This document shows, in pieces, positions 16,945 to 28,100 of a stretch of DNA of 64,000 bases. Within the stretch, counting starts at the first letter, position 1, and every line of letters begins with the position of its first letter. Made by a program: the position numbers and the translations under genes. The DNA is from Methylotenera sp. GTDB taxonomy: Bacteria; Pseudomonadota; Gammaproteobacteria; Burkholderiales; Methylophilaceae. Location of the stretch: assembly GCA_048058875.1 (NCBI GenBank), contig JBLLNR010000005.1, positions 48,615 to 112,614 of the forward strand. The letters are read 5' to 3'. Below the pieces are notes generated by a model. It searched no databases. It was not told the DNA's origin and saw only the letters and a program-made list of their open reading frames with translations.

Positions 16945-18749
16945 TTATTTTTGTCGAATTAACTCTACTCGACGATTTTGCGCATTACCCGTTATTGGAT
17001 CATTTTCTGCGATAGGCATTGAGAAACCATATCCTTTGACTGTCATGCGTTTTTCGTCTATGCCTTTTCTGATTAGATAATCACTAACAGCTTGTGCTCG
17101 ACGTTCTGATAATCGCTGGTTATAGTCAGCATCAGAAGTATTGCGTTTATCCGTGTGCCCAGCAACCTCAACAGCAGAACTTCCCCATTCAACCAGAGTT
17201 TTATAGGCATTATCCAATACTGGGAATGACTCTGTCTTAATGATTGCACTGTTGGTTTCAAATTGCACATCAGGAATAACTTTATCTGCTAGGACTACTT
17301 TTTCTGCTTCTTTATTAGCCAACATTTTTTGATTTGCTACGCTTAGCGGTTCGGCATTAGCAACAATACTTGCCTTATCAATTTTAACCATTTCAGGCGC
17401 CACTGCCTGACAGACCGCATAGTTTTCGTTATAGTCTGCTTTACCAAGATCGGGCAAATCACCCCGCACAACTTCTAGCTTAGACAATAAGTTGCCCTCA
17501 CCTGCATAGGTTCTTGCATAAGCAGTATGCAAATCACTTTCAGTATTTGTATAGGTGCGCCTTGCTTGAAAATATTCGTTTTCTGTATCGAGTAAGTCTA
17601 GCAAGGTTCTTTGACCAATATCAAACTGCTTATGATAAGCTTCTCTTGCTTTTTCAATAGAAAGCTGATGCTGATTGCGATAAGTCAATTGTTCGGTTAG
17701 GCTAATGACATCATTGTAAGCGATGGCTACTGTTTGGCGTGTGTCAATACAAGCTTTATCTCTTAAATCATATGATCGGTTCAAGTTCTCCGCGGATTGT
17801 GCAATACCTGCCTGATCTGAAAACCCATTGAATAAATTAAATGTAGCAGTTAATTCCACCATATCAGCAGCGAGACTACTATTCCTTTCGTCAGAACTAA
17901 CATCTAAATTTTTTCTGGCTTGCAAATCCAGTCTAGGATAATACCTACCCTTCCTACCGCGCACCTCCTGTTGAGTTGCGACAATATTTTCTATTGCGGA
18001 AAGTAAGTCTGGGTTTTTTTGATAAGCAAGCTCTAATGATTTATTTGCATCTGAAGCCAAGCCTTCTGTTAAAAAGTTGACAGGTACTAAATTTTCTGGA
18101 GGCAACTCACCCGTTAACCTTTGAAAGCGTGCCGTCACGTTTTGTAAGTTGGTCATCTCTGTCAATAAGTTCGCTTCTGCTAATGCTAGACGACCACTCG
18201 CTTGTTCTAAATCAACCCTGCGTGCAATACCTGCTTGAACACGTTGCTCGATACGCTCAAATAGTTGCTTATGTACAGCATAATTACTTTCTGCATACTT
18301 TTGTAATTGTCGGAACCGTCTTACATCAACATATGCTCCTATCGTCTCTAGGCAATACGCTGCATGGCACCTTGAAGCTCATAGTACCTTACACGTGCGG
18401 CATGATCTAACCTATTGACTTCACTTGGCGTTGCAAAGCCATCGAACAACATTTGACGTAATACTAAATCAGTTTGACTATTTGGCGTTTGTGTATTGCC
18501 GATATTAGGTGTTAATCGTTCATAACTCCCAAATCGGGAAATAATATCAGCATGCGGATAGTACCCCCCTTTTACAACCTTTTGTTCTTGTAAAGCTGCT
18601 TTATAAGTGTGAAAACTGGCCTGCACTTCTGGGTTTGTCGTAATGGTTTTTTGGACAATTTCTTTTAAAGTATCAGGTACTTCTGCATAGGCAAAAGGTG
18701 TTACCAAAAGCAGTGCATACGTAATAACCTCCCTCAAGCGTTTATACAT
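16945..18749 (-). pseudogene. TolC-family T1SS outer-membrane protein with a C-terminal OmpA-like peptidoglycan-binding domain, interrupted by a single frameshift (LapE-like)
   Basis: The N-terminal ORF (18348-18749) has a signal peptide and TolC-like repeats and ends ..YYELQGAMQRIA*. The frame of ORF 16945-18165 is open upstream and reads LETIGAYVDVRRFRQLQ.. directly from the stop. Restoring one base at ~18348-18353 gives ..RIALETIGAY... The C-terminus VAGHTDKRNTSDADYNQRLSERRAQAV...NRRVEL is an OmpA_C domain. Confidence 0.7.
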
Positions 18750-19055
18750 AACTTAAAAATAGCTCCCAATCACTTAAAATCCACAAAAAAAACAGTTCTA
18801 ATCAAACGATACAATGCAATAGTTATGCCTTAATGTATAGGTGTGATTTTAACGATTTATTCATTTTTTACATTTATTAGGCTTGCTAACTTAACCATTT
18901 AATGTACTTACGCAGAATAATACCGCAATTATTTAATTTTAAAAGAAAAAATATTATATAGATGTCTATAACATTACAATAAAGGTAAAAAAATTACTAC
19001 TATTGTCCACAATTTATGTAATTTAACGTCTGATTTTAAGCAAAAGATTGGCTTT

Positions 19056-19685
19056 TTGATGTTTTTTTGCATCATCAGCTTGTCGATAGCGACAGATTTT
19101 CAACACCTGGCAGATTTGGCAAATCAACGCTACGGTACTCAAGCAAAACAAACCATTCTTAGCTTGGAGTCTTTAATTAATGACCTTAAATCCGCACCAG
19201 AATCAGAAAAACTAAGAAAGATTAACTCATTTTTTAATTTACATATCAATTTCGTCAGCGATGAGGACAATTGGGGCGCTAAAGATTATTGGGCAACGCC
19301 ACTAGAATCAATTGGCAAGAATAAAGGTGACTGTGAAGACTACAGTATTGCTAAATATATATTTCTGCGCGAGTTAGGTATTCCAGATGAGCGTTTAAAA
19401 CTTACTTATGTTAAAGCTCGCATCGGTGGCCCAGACAGTGATCTATTTCAGGCGCACATGGTCCTTAGTTACTACGCTACACCCAATTCTGAACCTGTTA
19501 TTTTGGATAATCTTGTTTCAGAGATTCACGAAAGTTCACGTCGTGTTGATTTAAGACCTATTTTCAGCTTCAATAGTCAAGGGTTATGGACAGGCATTAG
19601 CAACAACACAAAAGGCTCATCGCTAAAATCATTATCGCGGTGGGGTGATGTTTTAACACGTATTAAAAATGATGGTATTGAGTAA
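19056..19685 (+). CDS. lapG: LapG-type periplasmic transglutaminase-like cysteine protease (peptidase C93 / DUF920)
   Basis: KGDCEDYSIAKY (catalytic Cys), AHMVLSYY (His) and VILDNL (Asp). About 200 aa, immediately upstream of a LapD-like gene. The start may be the ATG at 19059. Confidence 0.85.
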   Translation: MMFFCIISLSIATDFQHLADLANQRYGTQAKQTILSLESLINDLKSAPESEKLRKINSFFNLHINFVSDEDNWGAKDYWATPLESIGKNKGDCEDYSIAKYIFLRELGIPDERLKLTYVKARIGGPDSDLFQAHMVLSYYATPNSEPVILDNLVSEIHESSRRVDLRPIFSFNSQGLWTGISNNTKGSSLKSLSRWGDVLTRIKNDGIE

Positions 19686-19705
19686 TTTATTGATTAGGAA
19701 TCAAC

Positions 19706-21622
19706 ATGTCTCTTATTAAACAATTATGGTTTGCAATCATATTGATTATATCTCTAGCTTTTGGCGCTAGTTTTGTAATCAACATCATTACTAGTAAACA
19801 TTATCTGGAACAGCAGCTAGAAATGAAAAACACAGACAATGCTGTTTCGCTGGCACTGTCTATCTCGCAAATGGAAAAAGATCCTGTTGCGGTAAATTTG
19901 ATGTTGTCGGCACAGTTTGACAATGGTCATTATGAATATATCAGACTTACGGATCCAAACAAAAGAATAATGACGGAAAGAGTTAATACCGGTGAAGTGA
20001 CATCTGTTCCCAATTGGTTTAAGAATATGATTCATATCAACCCTAACCCTGGCATTGCTCAAATTCAAGACGGTTGGTCACAATATGGAGTTTTAACATT
20101 GGCAAGCGCAACTGGTTTTGCCTATCGAGACTTATGGAATGGCTCACTCGCCATGCTGATGTGGAGTACGATTATTGCACTGGCCTGTGGTATTTTTGGT
20201 TCACTTGTATTGAAGATGATTATTAGGCCTTTACATGAAATGGTAGATATGACAGAAGCGATTGGTGAAAAAAACTTTATTTCAATTAAAGAACCAAGAA
20301 CATACGAATTTCGTTCATTAGCAAAGGCACTAAATAAACTATCACAACGCATTAAGGATATGCTTAAAAACGAGTCTGAGCTTTTGGAGCAAATGCGTAT
20401 AGAGGCTAATTATGACTCTGTTACTGGCCTAATGAACCGCAAGTACTTTAGCAGTCGTGTAGCCACTTACATGGAAAATGACGACACATTCACAGAAGGA
20501 ATGCTGGTTGTGTCACACATTAATAATCTGGCTGAGATTAATGAAACACTTGGCTCTACAGCGACAGATAAAGTACTTAGGAGAATGGGGCTGGCATTGG
20601 ATGCGTATTGTAAGCAACACCCATCGCTCATCTCTGGACGTTTAACGGGAGCTGACTTTGCTGTATTTTCTAGCAACAAAGTAGACGTCAATGTTATCTG
20701 CAGTCAAGTGAAGAGTGTGTTACATGATGCGGCTGGACTAGACAGCCAGTTCAGTAATTTTGATTTGCATACGATCTCTAGTGTCGTTAGCAAATCGGAA
20801 CAACTTGATGGCCTCAAAAAACTGATTAACACTATTAAATCACAGACTAGTATTACAGAAACGGATATTTTGGCGCTGATTCAAGAAGAGGATGTTAATC
20901 GCTATGAAAATCATGATGAAACAGAGTGGAGAGCCATGCTTACGTCTGCGATTCAAGGTGGTAGGCTCACACTTGCTTCATACCCAGTCTTGTCCAATGA
21001 GCAAGAAATTATCCATTATGAATGCCCCGCTAGATTGCAGCTAGTAGAAGATGGTCCATGGGTGCCTGCAGGCGAATTTATTGCTTGGGCTACACAACTA
21101 GGCTTAATTGCACAATTAGACCGCCTAGCACTTGAGTCGGCTGTTAAATCGCTAGTCGCTGACGATTCGAAACCAATTGGTTTAAACGTATCAACAAGTG
21201 GCATGTGCGACCCAAACTATCATGCAGCCATTAGTAAACTAATGAAAACAAACACTAAAATTGCCAGCAAGCTTTGGTTTGAAGTAGCTGAGCACAGCGT
21301 TTTTCAAAACCTATCCAAGTTTGAAACATTTACGAAGCTCATTAAGTCGTTCGGTTGCAAAGTCGGTGTTGAGCATGTTGGGACGCAAATTAGTCGTCTA
21401 GGTGAACTTCATGATTTAGATTTAGATTATATAAAAGTTGATGCATCAATTATTCGTGATATCGATAAAAATCCAGGTAACAAAGCTTTCCTAAAAGGCA
21501 TTTGTCTGATTGCACACTCAATAGGGTTAATTGCAATTGCTGAAGGTGTACAAACCAAACAAGAACTTAAAGCACTGCCCACCTTGGGTATCGATGGCGC
21601 AACAGGGCCTGCTGTTAAATAA
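19706..21622 (+). CDS. lapD: LapD-type inner-membrane c-di-GMP receptor (periplasmic LapD/MoxY_N domain, HAMP, degenerate GGDEF, degenerate EAL)
   Basis: TM, periplasmic domain with a GWSQYG loop, TM, HAMP. The GGDEF site is degenerate (RLTGADFAVF) and the EAL motif is replaced by ECP (HYECPARL). Adjacent to lapG. Confidence 0.85.
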   Translation: MSLIKQLWFAIILIISLAFGASFVINIITSKHYLEQQLEMKNTDNAVSLALSISQMEKDPVAVNLMLSAQFDNGHYEYIRLTDPNKRIMTERVNTGEVTSVPNWFKNMIHINPNPGIAQIQDGWSQYGVLTLASATGFAYRDLWNGSLAMLMWSTIIALACGIFGSLVLKMIIRPLHEMVDMTEAIGEKNFISIKEPRTYEFRSLAKALNKLSQRIKDMLKNESELLEQMRIEANYDSVTGLMNRKYFSSRVATYMENDDTFTEGMLVVSHINNLAEINETLGSTATDKVLRRMGLALDAYCKQHPSLISGRLTGADFAVFSSNKVDVNVICSQVKSVLHDAAGLDSQFSNFDLHTISSVVSKSEQLDGLKKLINTIKSQTSITETDILALIQEEDVNRYENHDETEWRAMLTSAIQGGRLTLASYPVLSNEQEIIHYECPARLQLVEDGPWVPAGEFIAWATQLGLIAQLDRLALESAVKSLVADDSKPIGLNVSTSGMCDPNYHAAISKLMKTNTKIASKLWFEVAEHSVFQNLSKFETFTKLIKSFGCKVGVEHVGTQISRLGELHDLDLDYIKVDASIIRDIDKNPGNKAFLKGICLIAHSIGLIAIAEGVQTKQELKALPTLGIDGATGPAVK

Positions 21623-21637
21623 GTAACCACTAATAAT

Positions 21638-21660
21638 AAAGGTAGCTAAAAGCTATCTTT
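21638..21660. terminator. Possible bidirectional terminator between convergent lapD and the adhesin operon tail
   Basis: AAAGGTAGCT-AAA-AGCTATCTTT imperfect hairpin (one mismatch), flanked by A/T runs on both sides. Confidence 0.4.
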
Positions 21661-21679
21661 ATTATTTGATATCAATGTG

Positions 21680-22027
21680 TTAGTAAGGATTTTCGTCGTC
21701 TAATAAATTCAAATTTTTACTGCCTGAACGAAATCCTTGTCTTTCAATAAGTTTTTTCTGTGCAGCATCTGGAAAATCAGTAAATCGAATAAAATCACGA
21801 TTAATCAATAAGGAAATTAAATCTTCGAGTACACGTGCTAACTGAATATCACTTTCACGAAACTTATCTTCTTTTTTCAACGCCTCATCCAAATAATCCA
21901 AATACTCAGGATTGCCAGATGATACTTCTTGCCAACCCGGGCTGCTGATTAACGACTGGCTAATCGCCTGAATTTTTCCATCCTGCCCTCTTAATATGTA
22001 CGGCATAGCTGCCCCTATAATCATCAT
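21680..22027 (-). CDS. Hypothetical 115-aa cytoplasmic protein at the tail of the adhesin operon
   Basis: ORF only. No signal peptide and no recognised motif. It is on the same strand as the adhesin, and its start is 129 bp downstream of the adhesin stop. Confidence 0.4.
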   Translation of the reverse strand: MMIIGAAMPYILRGQDGKIQAISQSLISSPGWQEVSSGNPEYLDYLDEALKKEDKFRESDIQLARVLEDLISLLINRDFIRFTDFPDAAQKKLIERQGFRSGSKNLNLLDDENPY

Positions 22028-22156
22028 TACCCATATATCTTAATTAAATTTGAATCAATTCAATTGTATTAAAAAGTAGATTAAAGGTAGCTAATTCTAA
22101 GATTCAAACTAGTTGCCAGAAAAGTAAGAGATAGCTCCACTTCTCTAGCTAAAGTC

Positions 22157-25100
22157 TTAATCTGTAATTAATTTTTGTTGCGCAATTAAGTTATTAATTA
22201 CATCAGCATCAGTAGCAAATCCAGCAGTCAAGTTTACTCCTGTAAATACTACTTGCTGCACATCGTTACTTGAAACATCGATTGTTGGAGCACCAACTGT
22301 ATTACCATTATTAAATGCACCGGTTGAGCTAACATACATAGTGGTGTTGCCGCCAGAAAACTCAAAGTGCAAATAGTTATCTAAGCTTGCTCCACTATAA
22401 TCTTCGCCTACCAACAAGTCTCTCAAATCTAGCACATCACCCCCTGCATTTGCAGCAGCAGTACCAAAATTATTAATTGTATCAACCGCTGGTGTTGCTA
22501 TTGTCCCTTGGTCAGCCAAATTCCATACAAAGGTATCAGTTGTAAAGTCATCACTACCAGCATTGCCGCCAGTCATCGTATCGTTACCTGAACCACCGAC
22601 AAGCGTATCTCTTCCTGTTCCTCCAACTAAAGTATCATTGCCAGCTTGACCATAAAGCGTGTCGTTACCAGCCTGTCCATTTAGGGTGTCGTTTCCATTG
22701 CCACCATAGAGTAAATCTTGTCCATTATTTCCGTTGAGTGTGTCGTTGCCACCCAATCCGTTTAGAACATCATCTCCTGTTGTACCATTGAGTGTATTTC
22801 CAGCATTCGTACCCTCAATCATATTTGTTGGTGCACTTACATTGATAGTAATACTCTCTGCAGCAGTAGTCGCCGTATCTCCGTTACTTATCTCTGTACT
22901 CGTCGCTGTGACTGACAAATTAATTGTGCCAGTAAATCCACTAGCGGGATAAATCTGTAAGCCATCAAGTTCTGCTTCTGTAAAGCTCCAAAGTCCACCA
23001 CCTAAGTTGGTTCCAGCAGAAAAAGTTGCTGTTAATGGAACACCAGAGATAGAGACTGTTAGCGACTCCGAGCCATCCGTATCAGTCAAACCCGCACCTA
23101 TAGCGACATCAATAGGCTGGCCATAACTATTTCCGCCTACTACAAAAACAGGTGGCGTAACTGTTATTGATGAATCTTTCCCTCCATCTCTACCATTGAG
23201 AACCATATAAGAGAACTGATATGTACCTGATAATGCTGATGTAAAGGTAAATGTGCCAGTAGCATCGGTTGCAGCACCTGCAAATTCAGATGACGTTAAT
23301 ATTTGATAGGTGATAGCGCCATTAGGATCTGTAATTGCAACTAAAACTATATCATTGAATCCACCTGTAATCTCACCAACAAGATCCTCGCCATTATCAA
23401 ATGTCCAATCAACTGATATCTGTTGACCTGCATTTAAATTCAAATTTTGCAGCGTAAAGTCACCATCATTAACGTTGACATTTCCAGGGTCATTCAAAAC
23501 ACCTGCGGTAGGATCAAATCCATCCAATGTGCCCGCAGGCAGTCCTAAAGTTGATTCCAAGTTTGCTTGTGAAATTGCTGCATTTGTGTCAGCTACTGCA
23601 GCAACTGTCGGTACAGAGTTAACAAAATCAATCACTGACTGAACAGTTAAATTAGGTGTATCCGCCACAGCCGTTACATTGATATTAAGCGTACCTGTAT
23701 CCGTTTCAGTGCCATTCGTCACAGTATAAGTAAAACTATCTGGTCCACTATAGTTAGCAGGTGGCGTATAAGTGTAAGTACCATCTGACGCGACGGTAAT
23801 AATTCCCCCTTGAGTTGTAAGGAATGTACCAACACTTCCTGGTGCAATTGTTAAACTAGAACCAAGATCATCTACATCATTTGCTAGCAAGCTTGATGGT
23901 GATAGATTATTTAAACTATCTTCTGTCACTGTCAGGCTATCTGCAATAGCATTTAAAATAACATCATCGACGTTTGTTTCATTGAGCGTTATATTGGCTG
24001 TATTTGTGTTCCCTGCTGTGTCAGTTACAGTTACACTATGTATGGTGCTGTTCGGCAAGGTTTCAAAATCATTAACATTGGCTGCAACACCAGCTGCTGT
24101 AATTGTAATATTGCCACTAGCATCAATTTGATAGAAACCATCACTACTTGTATTAGTACCTGTTGCTGTAAATGAATATCCAGCTACTGCAACATTATCA
24201 CTTGCAACAACCGTAGCAACCGTAGCGCCTACTGTTTGATTTTCAGCATAATTAAAAGCTTGAGCAGCAATAACCGGGGCCGTCGTATCAACACTGTAAC
24301 CTTCTGTATCGGTCGCTGTGCCAGGATTGCCTGCTGCATCCGTTGTCGTGATGCTCGCATCGATGGTGGTGTCAGGATCTGCCGCTAAGTCGGCGCCTGG
24401 TACATTGATGCTGAACACGCCGCCTGCAACCAAGCCTGTGTATGTATTGCCGTTCACAGTCAGTGTGACCGTGTCACCATCTTGTGCATCGCCACCCACG
24501 CTACCCGTGACCGCTACCGTGCCGCCTGCTTCTGCCGCGTTGATGATGTCATCCGCGGTGATGTTCGCATCTAAGGTAATGGTTGGTACCGGTGCCGTTG
24601 TGTCCACTGTATACGTTTGTGTATCTGTTGCACTGCCTGGATTGCCAGCAGCATCCGTTGTCGCCACACTGGCGTCTACCGTTGTATCCGGATCGGCCGC
24701 TAAGTCAGATCCTGGTACGTTGATACTGAAGTTGCCGCCCGCATCCACCGTACCAGTGAAGGTGTTGCCGTTCACCGTTAAGGTGACGGTGTCGCCTGTG
24801 TTGAATTCGCCGCCAACCGTACCGGTCACCGCAACCGGTCCGCCTGCTTCTGCTGCATTTAAAATGTTGTCTGCTGTAATCGGATCTAACGTAATCGTTG
24901 GGACCGGGGCCGTCGTATCAACACTGTAACCTTCTGTGTCGGTCGCTGTGCCAGGATTGCCTGCTGCATCCGTTGTCGTGATGCTCGCATCGATGGTGGT
25001 GTCAGGATCTGCCGCTAAGTCGGCGCCTGGTACATTGATGCTGAACACGCCGCCTGCAACCAAGCCTGTGTATGTATTGCCGTTCACAGTCAGTGTGACC

Positions 25101-28100
25101 GTGTCACCATCTTGTGCATCGCCACCCACGCTACCCGTGACCGCTACCGTGCCGCCTGCTTCTGCCGCGTTGATGATGTCATCCGCGGTGATGTTCGCAT
25201 CTAAGGTAATGGTTGGTACCGGTGCCGTTGTGTCCACTGTATACGTTTGTGTATCTGTTGCACTGCCTGGATTGCCAGCAGCATCCGTTGTCGCCACACT
25301 GGCGTCTACCGTTGTATCCGGATCGGCCGCTAAGTCAGATCCTGGTACGTTGATACTGAAGTTGCCGCCCGCATCCACCGTACCAGTGAAGGTGTTGCCG
25401 TTCACCGTTAAGGTGACGGTGTCGCCTGTGTTGAATTCGCCGCCAACCGTACCGGTCACCGCAACCGGTCCGCCTGCTTCTGCTGCATTTAAAATGTTGT
25501 CTGCTGTAATCGGATCTAACGTAATCGTTGGGACCGGGGCCGTCGTATCAACACTGTAACCTTCTGTGTCGGTCGCTGTGCCAGGATTGCCTGCTGCATC
25601 CGTTGTCGTGATGCTCGCATCGATGGTGGTGTCAGGATCTGCCGCTAAGTCGGCGCCTGGTACATTGATGCTGAACACGCCGCCTGCAACCAAGCCTGTG
25701 TATGTATTGCCGTTCACAGTCAGTGTGACCGTGTCACCATCTTGTGCATCGCCACCCACGCTACCCGTGACCGCTACCGTGCCGCCTGCTTCTGCCGCGT
25801 TGATGATGTCATCCGCGGTGATGTTCGCATCTAAGGTAATGGTTGGTACCGGTGCCGTTGTGTCCACTGTATACGTTTGTGTATCTGTTGCACTGCCTGG
25901 ATTGCCAGCAGCATCCGTTGTCGCCACACTGGCGTCTACCGTTGTATCCGGATCGGCCGCTAAGTCAGATCCTGGTACGTTGATACTGAAGTTGCCGCCC
26001 GCATCCACCGTACCAGTGAAGGTGTTGCCGTTCACCGTTAAGGTGACGGTGTCGCCTGTGTTGAATTCGCCGCCAACCGTACCGGTCACCGCAACCGGTC
26101 CGCCTGCTTCTGCTGCATTTAAAATGTTGTCTGCTGTAATCGGATCTAACGTAATCGTTGGGACCGGGGCCGTCGTATCAACACTGTAACCTTCTGTGTC
26201 GGTCGCTGTGCCAGGATTGCCTGCTGCATCCGTTGTCGTGATGCTCGCATCGATGGTGGTGTCAGGATCTGCCGCTAAGTCGGCGCCTGGTACATTGATG
26301 CTGAACACGCCGCCTGCAACCAAGCCTGTGTATGTATTGCCGTTCACAGTCAGTGTGACCGTGTCACCATCTTGTGCATCGCCACCCACGCTACCCGTGA
26401 CCGCTACCGTGCCGCCTGCTTCTGCCGCGTTGATGATGTCATCCGCGGTGATGTTCGCATCTAAGGTAATGGTTGGTACCGGTGCCGTTGTGTCCACTGT
26501 ATACGTTTGTGTATCTGTTGCACTGCCTGGATTGCCAGCAGCATCCGTTGTCGCCACACTGGCGTCTACCGTTGTATCCGGATCGGCCGCTAAGTCAGAT
26601 CCTGGTACGTTGATACTGAAGTTGCCGCCCGCATCCACCGTACCAGTGAAGGTGTTGCCGTTCACCGTTAAGGTGACGGTGTCGCCTGTGTTGAATTCGC
26701 CGCCAACCGTACCGGTCACCGCAACCGGTCCGCCTGCTTCTGCTGCATTTAAAATGTTGTCTGCTGTAATCGGATCTAACGTAATCGTTGGGACCGGGGC
26801 CGTCGTATCAACACTGTAACCTTCTGTATCGGTCGCTGTGCCAGGATTGCCTGCTGCATCCGTTGTCGTGATGCTCGCATCGATGGTGGTGTCAGGATCT
26901 GCCGCTAAGTCGGCGCCTGGTACATTGATGCTGAACACGCCGCCTGCAACCAAGCCTGTGTATGTATTGCCGTTCACAGTCAGTGTGACCGTGTCACCAT
27001 CTTGTGCATCGCCACCCACGCTACCCGTGACCGCTACCGTGCCGCCTGCTTCTGCCGCGTTGATGATGTCATCCGCGGTGATGTTCGCATCTAAGGTAAT
27101 GGTTGGTACCGGTGCCGTTGTGTCCACTGTATACGTTTGTGTATCTGTTGCACTGCCTGGATTGCCAGCAGCATCCGTTGTCGCCACACTGGCGTCTACC
27201 GTTGTATCCGGATCGGCCGCTAAGTCAGATCCTGGTACGTTGATACTGAAGTTGCCGCCCGCATCCACCGTACCAGTGAAGGTGTTGCCGTTCACCGTTA
27301 AGGTGACGGTGTCGCCTGTGTTGAATTCGCCGCCAACCGTACCGGTCACCGCAACCGGTCCGCCTGCTTCTGCTGCATTTAAAATGTTGTCTGCTGTAAT
27401 CGGATCTAACGTAATCGTTGGGACCGGGGCCGTCGTATCAACACTGTAACCTTCTGTGTCGGTCGCTGTGCCAGGATTGCCTGCTGCATCCGTTGTCGTG
27501 ATGCTCGCATCGATGGTGGTGTCAGGATCTGCCGCTAAGTCGGCGCCTGGTACATTGATGCTGAACACGCCGCCTGCAACCAAGCCTGTGTATGTATTGC
27601 CGTTCACAGTCAGTGTGACCGTGTCACCATCTTGTGCATCGCCACCCACGCTACCCGTGACCGCTACCGTGCCGCCTGCTTCTGCCGCGTTGATGATGTC
27701 ATCCGCGGTGATGTTCGCATCTAAGGTAATGGTTGGTACCGGTGCCGTTGTGTCCACTGTATACGTTTGTGTATCTGTTGCACTGCCTGGATTGCCAGCA
27801 GCATCCGTTGTCGCCACACTGGCGTCTACCGTTGTATCCGGATCGGCCGCTAAGTCAGATCCTGGTACGTTGATACTGAAGTTGCCGCCCGCATCCACCG
27901 TACCAGTGAAGGTGTTGCCGTTCACCGTTAAGGTGACGGTGTCGCCTGTGTTGAATTCGCCGCCAACCGTACCGGTCACCGCAACCGGTCCGCCTGCTTC
28001 TGCTGCATTTAAAATGTTGTCTGCTGTAATCGGATCTAACGTAATCGTTGGGACCGGGGCCGTCGTATCAACACTGTAACCTTCTGTGTCGGTCGCTGTG

